DNA of 64,000 nucleotides from Trypanosoma brucei (Eukaryota): NCBI GenBank assembly GCA_000002445.1, contig CM000207.1, positions 96,001 to 160,000 of the forward strand, read 5' to 3'. Shown piece by piece: positions 62,832 to 64,000 of this stretch (position 1 is its first letter; each line of letters starts with the position of its first letter). The notes under the pieces were generated by a model. It saw only the letters and a program-made list of their open reading frames with translations, ran no database searches and was not told where the DNA came from. The position numbers and the translations under genes were made by a program.

Positions 62832-64000
62832 TTCCTTTAAAGCTGTACACAAAAAAATGTGGCACAGACATTTCATCGAACCGAATAAACTGCAGGCATG
62901 TAGTGGTAACGGATAAGTGATTTTACACAACAGGAGGTAAATTCACAGTAGTCGCCTCTTACATGACCTTTTTATTAGTATAGATTTTCTGTACGAAATC
63001 AATGAAAGCATATCTAGTGCGTGATGTTGCAGATGCCACCCCATCACACTGATGTTTGCTCTGACACAATTAAAGGGAACATCTTTCACCCCTTTCAAGT
63101 GGAACTACAGAGTTCAACAAAATCCAATAACTGGAAATGGAGATAACCTATTTCCCCTAAGCAAAAAACTTTTCTATCCATATATCACCCATAATCACTG
63201 CCTTCGCATTCACTATTTACCATGAAGGCAGCCAAGTTAAGAAAACGGAATTAACCTTCAGTGCGCAAAAAAAAATACCTTAGCTTACCGCCCACGACAG
63301 AACCCAGATATAAAACCACACGGAATCGCAGCTCAGTGTTGTTGGGGCTTAATGGAAGTAGACACAAGCCTATTAGACGCCTCCAACGGGAATAATTTTT
63401 CAGTACCTGCACAATGCCGACGCTACTAGAAAAAAGATGGAATATCATAAACGTTAGGAAAAATACCACGTTGCTTAGTGGAGCAAACAGTTGTAGAACT
63501 CAGAGGTGTACTCAAAAGAGCAAAGAAACACTCTTTGCGGCGGCACATATAATTAAAACACCCTGGGAAGGGAACTTGCCATCGACAGCGCATCTAACAA
63601 CAATGTACCGTTTGATCCTGTGGAAGTCTACATCTGGCTTCCCTCAATTTTTATCTCTGAACTACACTGCCAAAGGCCGGATGCGACCCCATACATGCAT
63701 GCCACACCGACTCCACAACCCTCATTTTAACACCTTACCCAGAGTACTTCCCCCACATTCCGTCCGGCGGACTTGGGTCCTGCAGACAAATGGTCGGTCA
63801 ACAGTGCTTAAACTGAAGCAAGTGTCATTGTGTTTGTCAAATGTTTCATACCTTACAATGACTCAAAAATAGAGAACGAATAGCTGCCACCTCAGTACCC
63901 TCTGGAAAATACAACTTTGAAAAGTACATATCCCCGTGTATCGTTTTACTCTCCCTTTCTTTCCACATCGCACCAGTTTGTCCCGTGGATGGCATTGAGC

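Noticed and set aside
63414..63872. Plus-strand ORF 63414-63872 (152 aa)
   Set aside because: It has no recognisable motifs and lies in the upstream region of the minus-strand gene. Its composition is unremarkable and it is probably spurious.
1..64000. tRNA, rRNA, snoRNA or spliced-leader RNA genes
   Set aside because: I recognised no cloverleaf-like or conserved RNA gene sequence, and these are not expected inside VSG arrays.

Overview
This window reads as a silent subtelomeric VSG (variant surface glycoprotein) archive of a Trypanosoma brucei-group trypanosome. It is eukaryotic DNA. I see no prokaryotic defence system, CRISPR array, tRNA or rRNA.

Three elements diagnostic of the brucei-group recur throughout, all on the + strand:
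- Upstream of each VSG cassette, 70-bp repeats with (TAA/TGA)n triplet runs followed by GAGAGTGTTGTGAGTGTGTATATACGAATATTATAATAAGAG. There are 15 such loci.
- ORFs encoding VSG N-terminal domains and Cys-rich C-terminal domains, ending in the GPI-signal tail (DSSFLVNKKFALMVSAFVALLF-like).
- Downstream of each VSG, the 3'-UTR 16-mer TGATATATTTTAACAC or variants of it.

I count 15 VSG cassettes plus several orphan C-terminal fragments. About 12 are pseudogenes, disabled by frameshifts, in-frame stops, or lost stops or tails. Three look intact or nearly so: 8783-10294, 37814-39334 and 40315-41913.

Four other items sit between cassettes:
- Two different GT31/Fringe-like glycosyltransferase relics. 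One is a TM-anchored copy with DxD and EDxxG motifs at 47.9-48.9 kb. The other is a dispersed ~0.75-kb element with HLDGSD and YxSGGG motifs, present in 3 copies.
- Short interstitial TTAGGG telomere-repeat tracts. Each is followed by a conserved ~290-bp unit, repeated 3 times, and by orphan VSG 3' ends.
- A degenerate ingi/DIRE-type non-LTR retroelement, recognised by an RNase H motif, C2H2 fingers and a poly(A) tail, at ~56.3-59.9 kb. It terminates the array.
- A convergent strand switch to a minus-strand gene for a secreted, N-glycosylated, Cys-containing protein of unknown family at 61848-62831.

The ORF track accepts TTG and GTG as starts. I re-derived ATG starts by reading the sequence.
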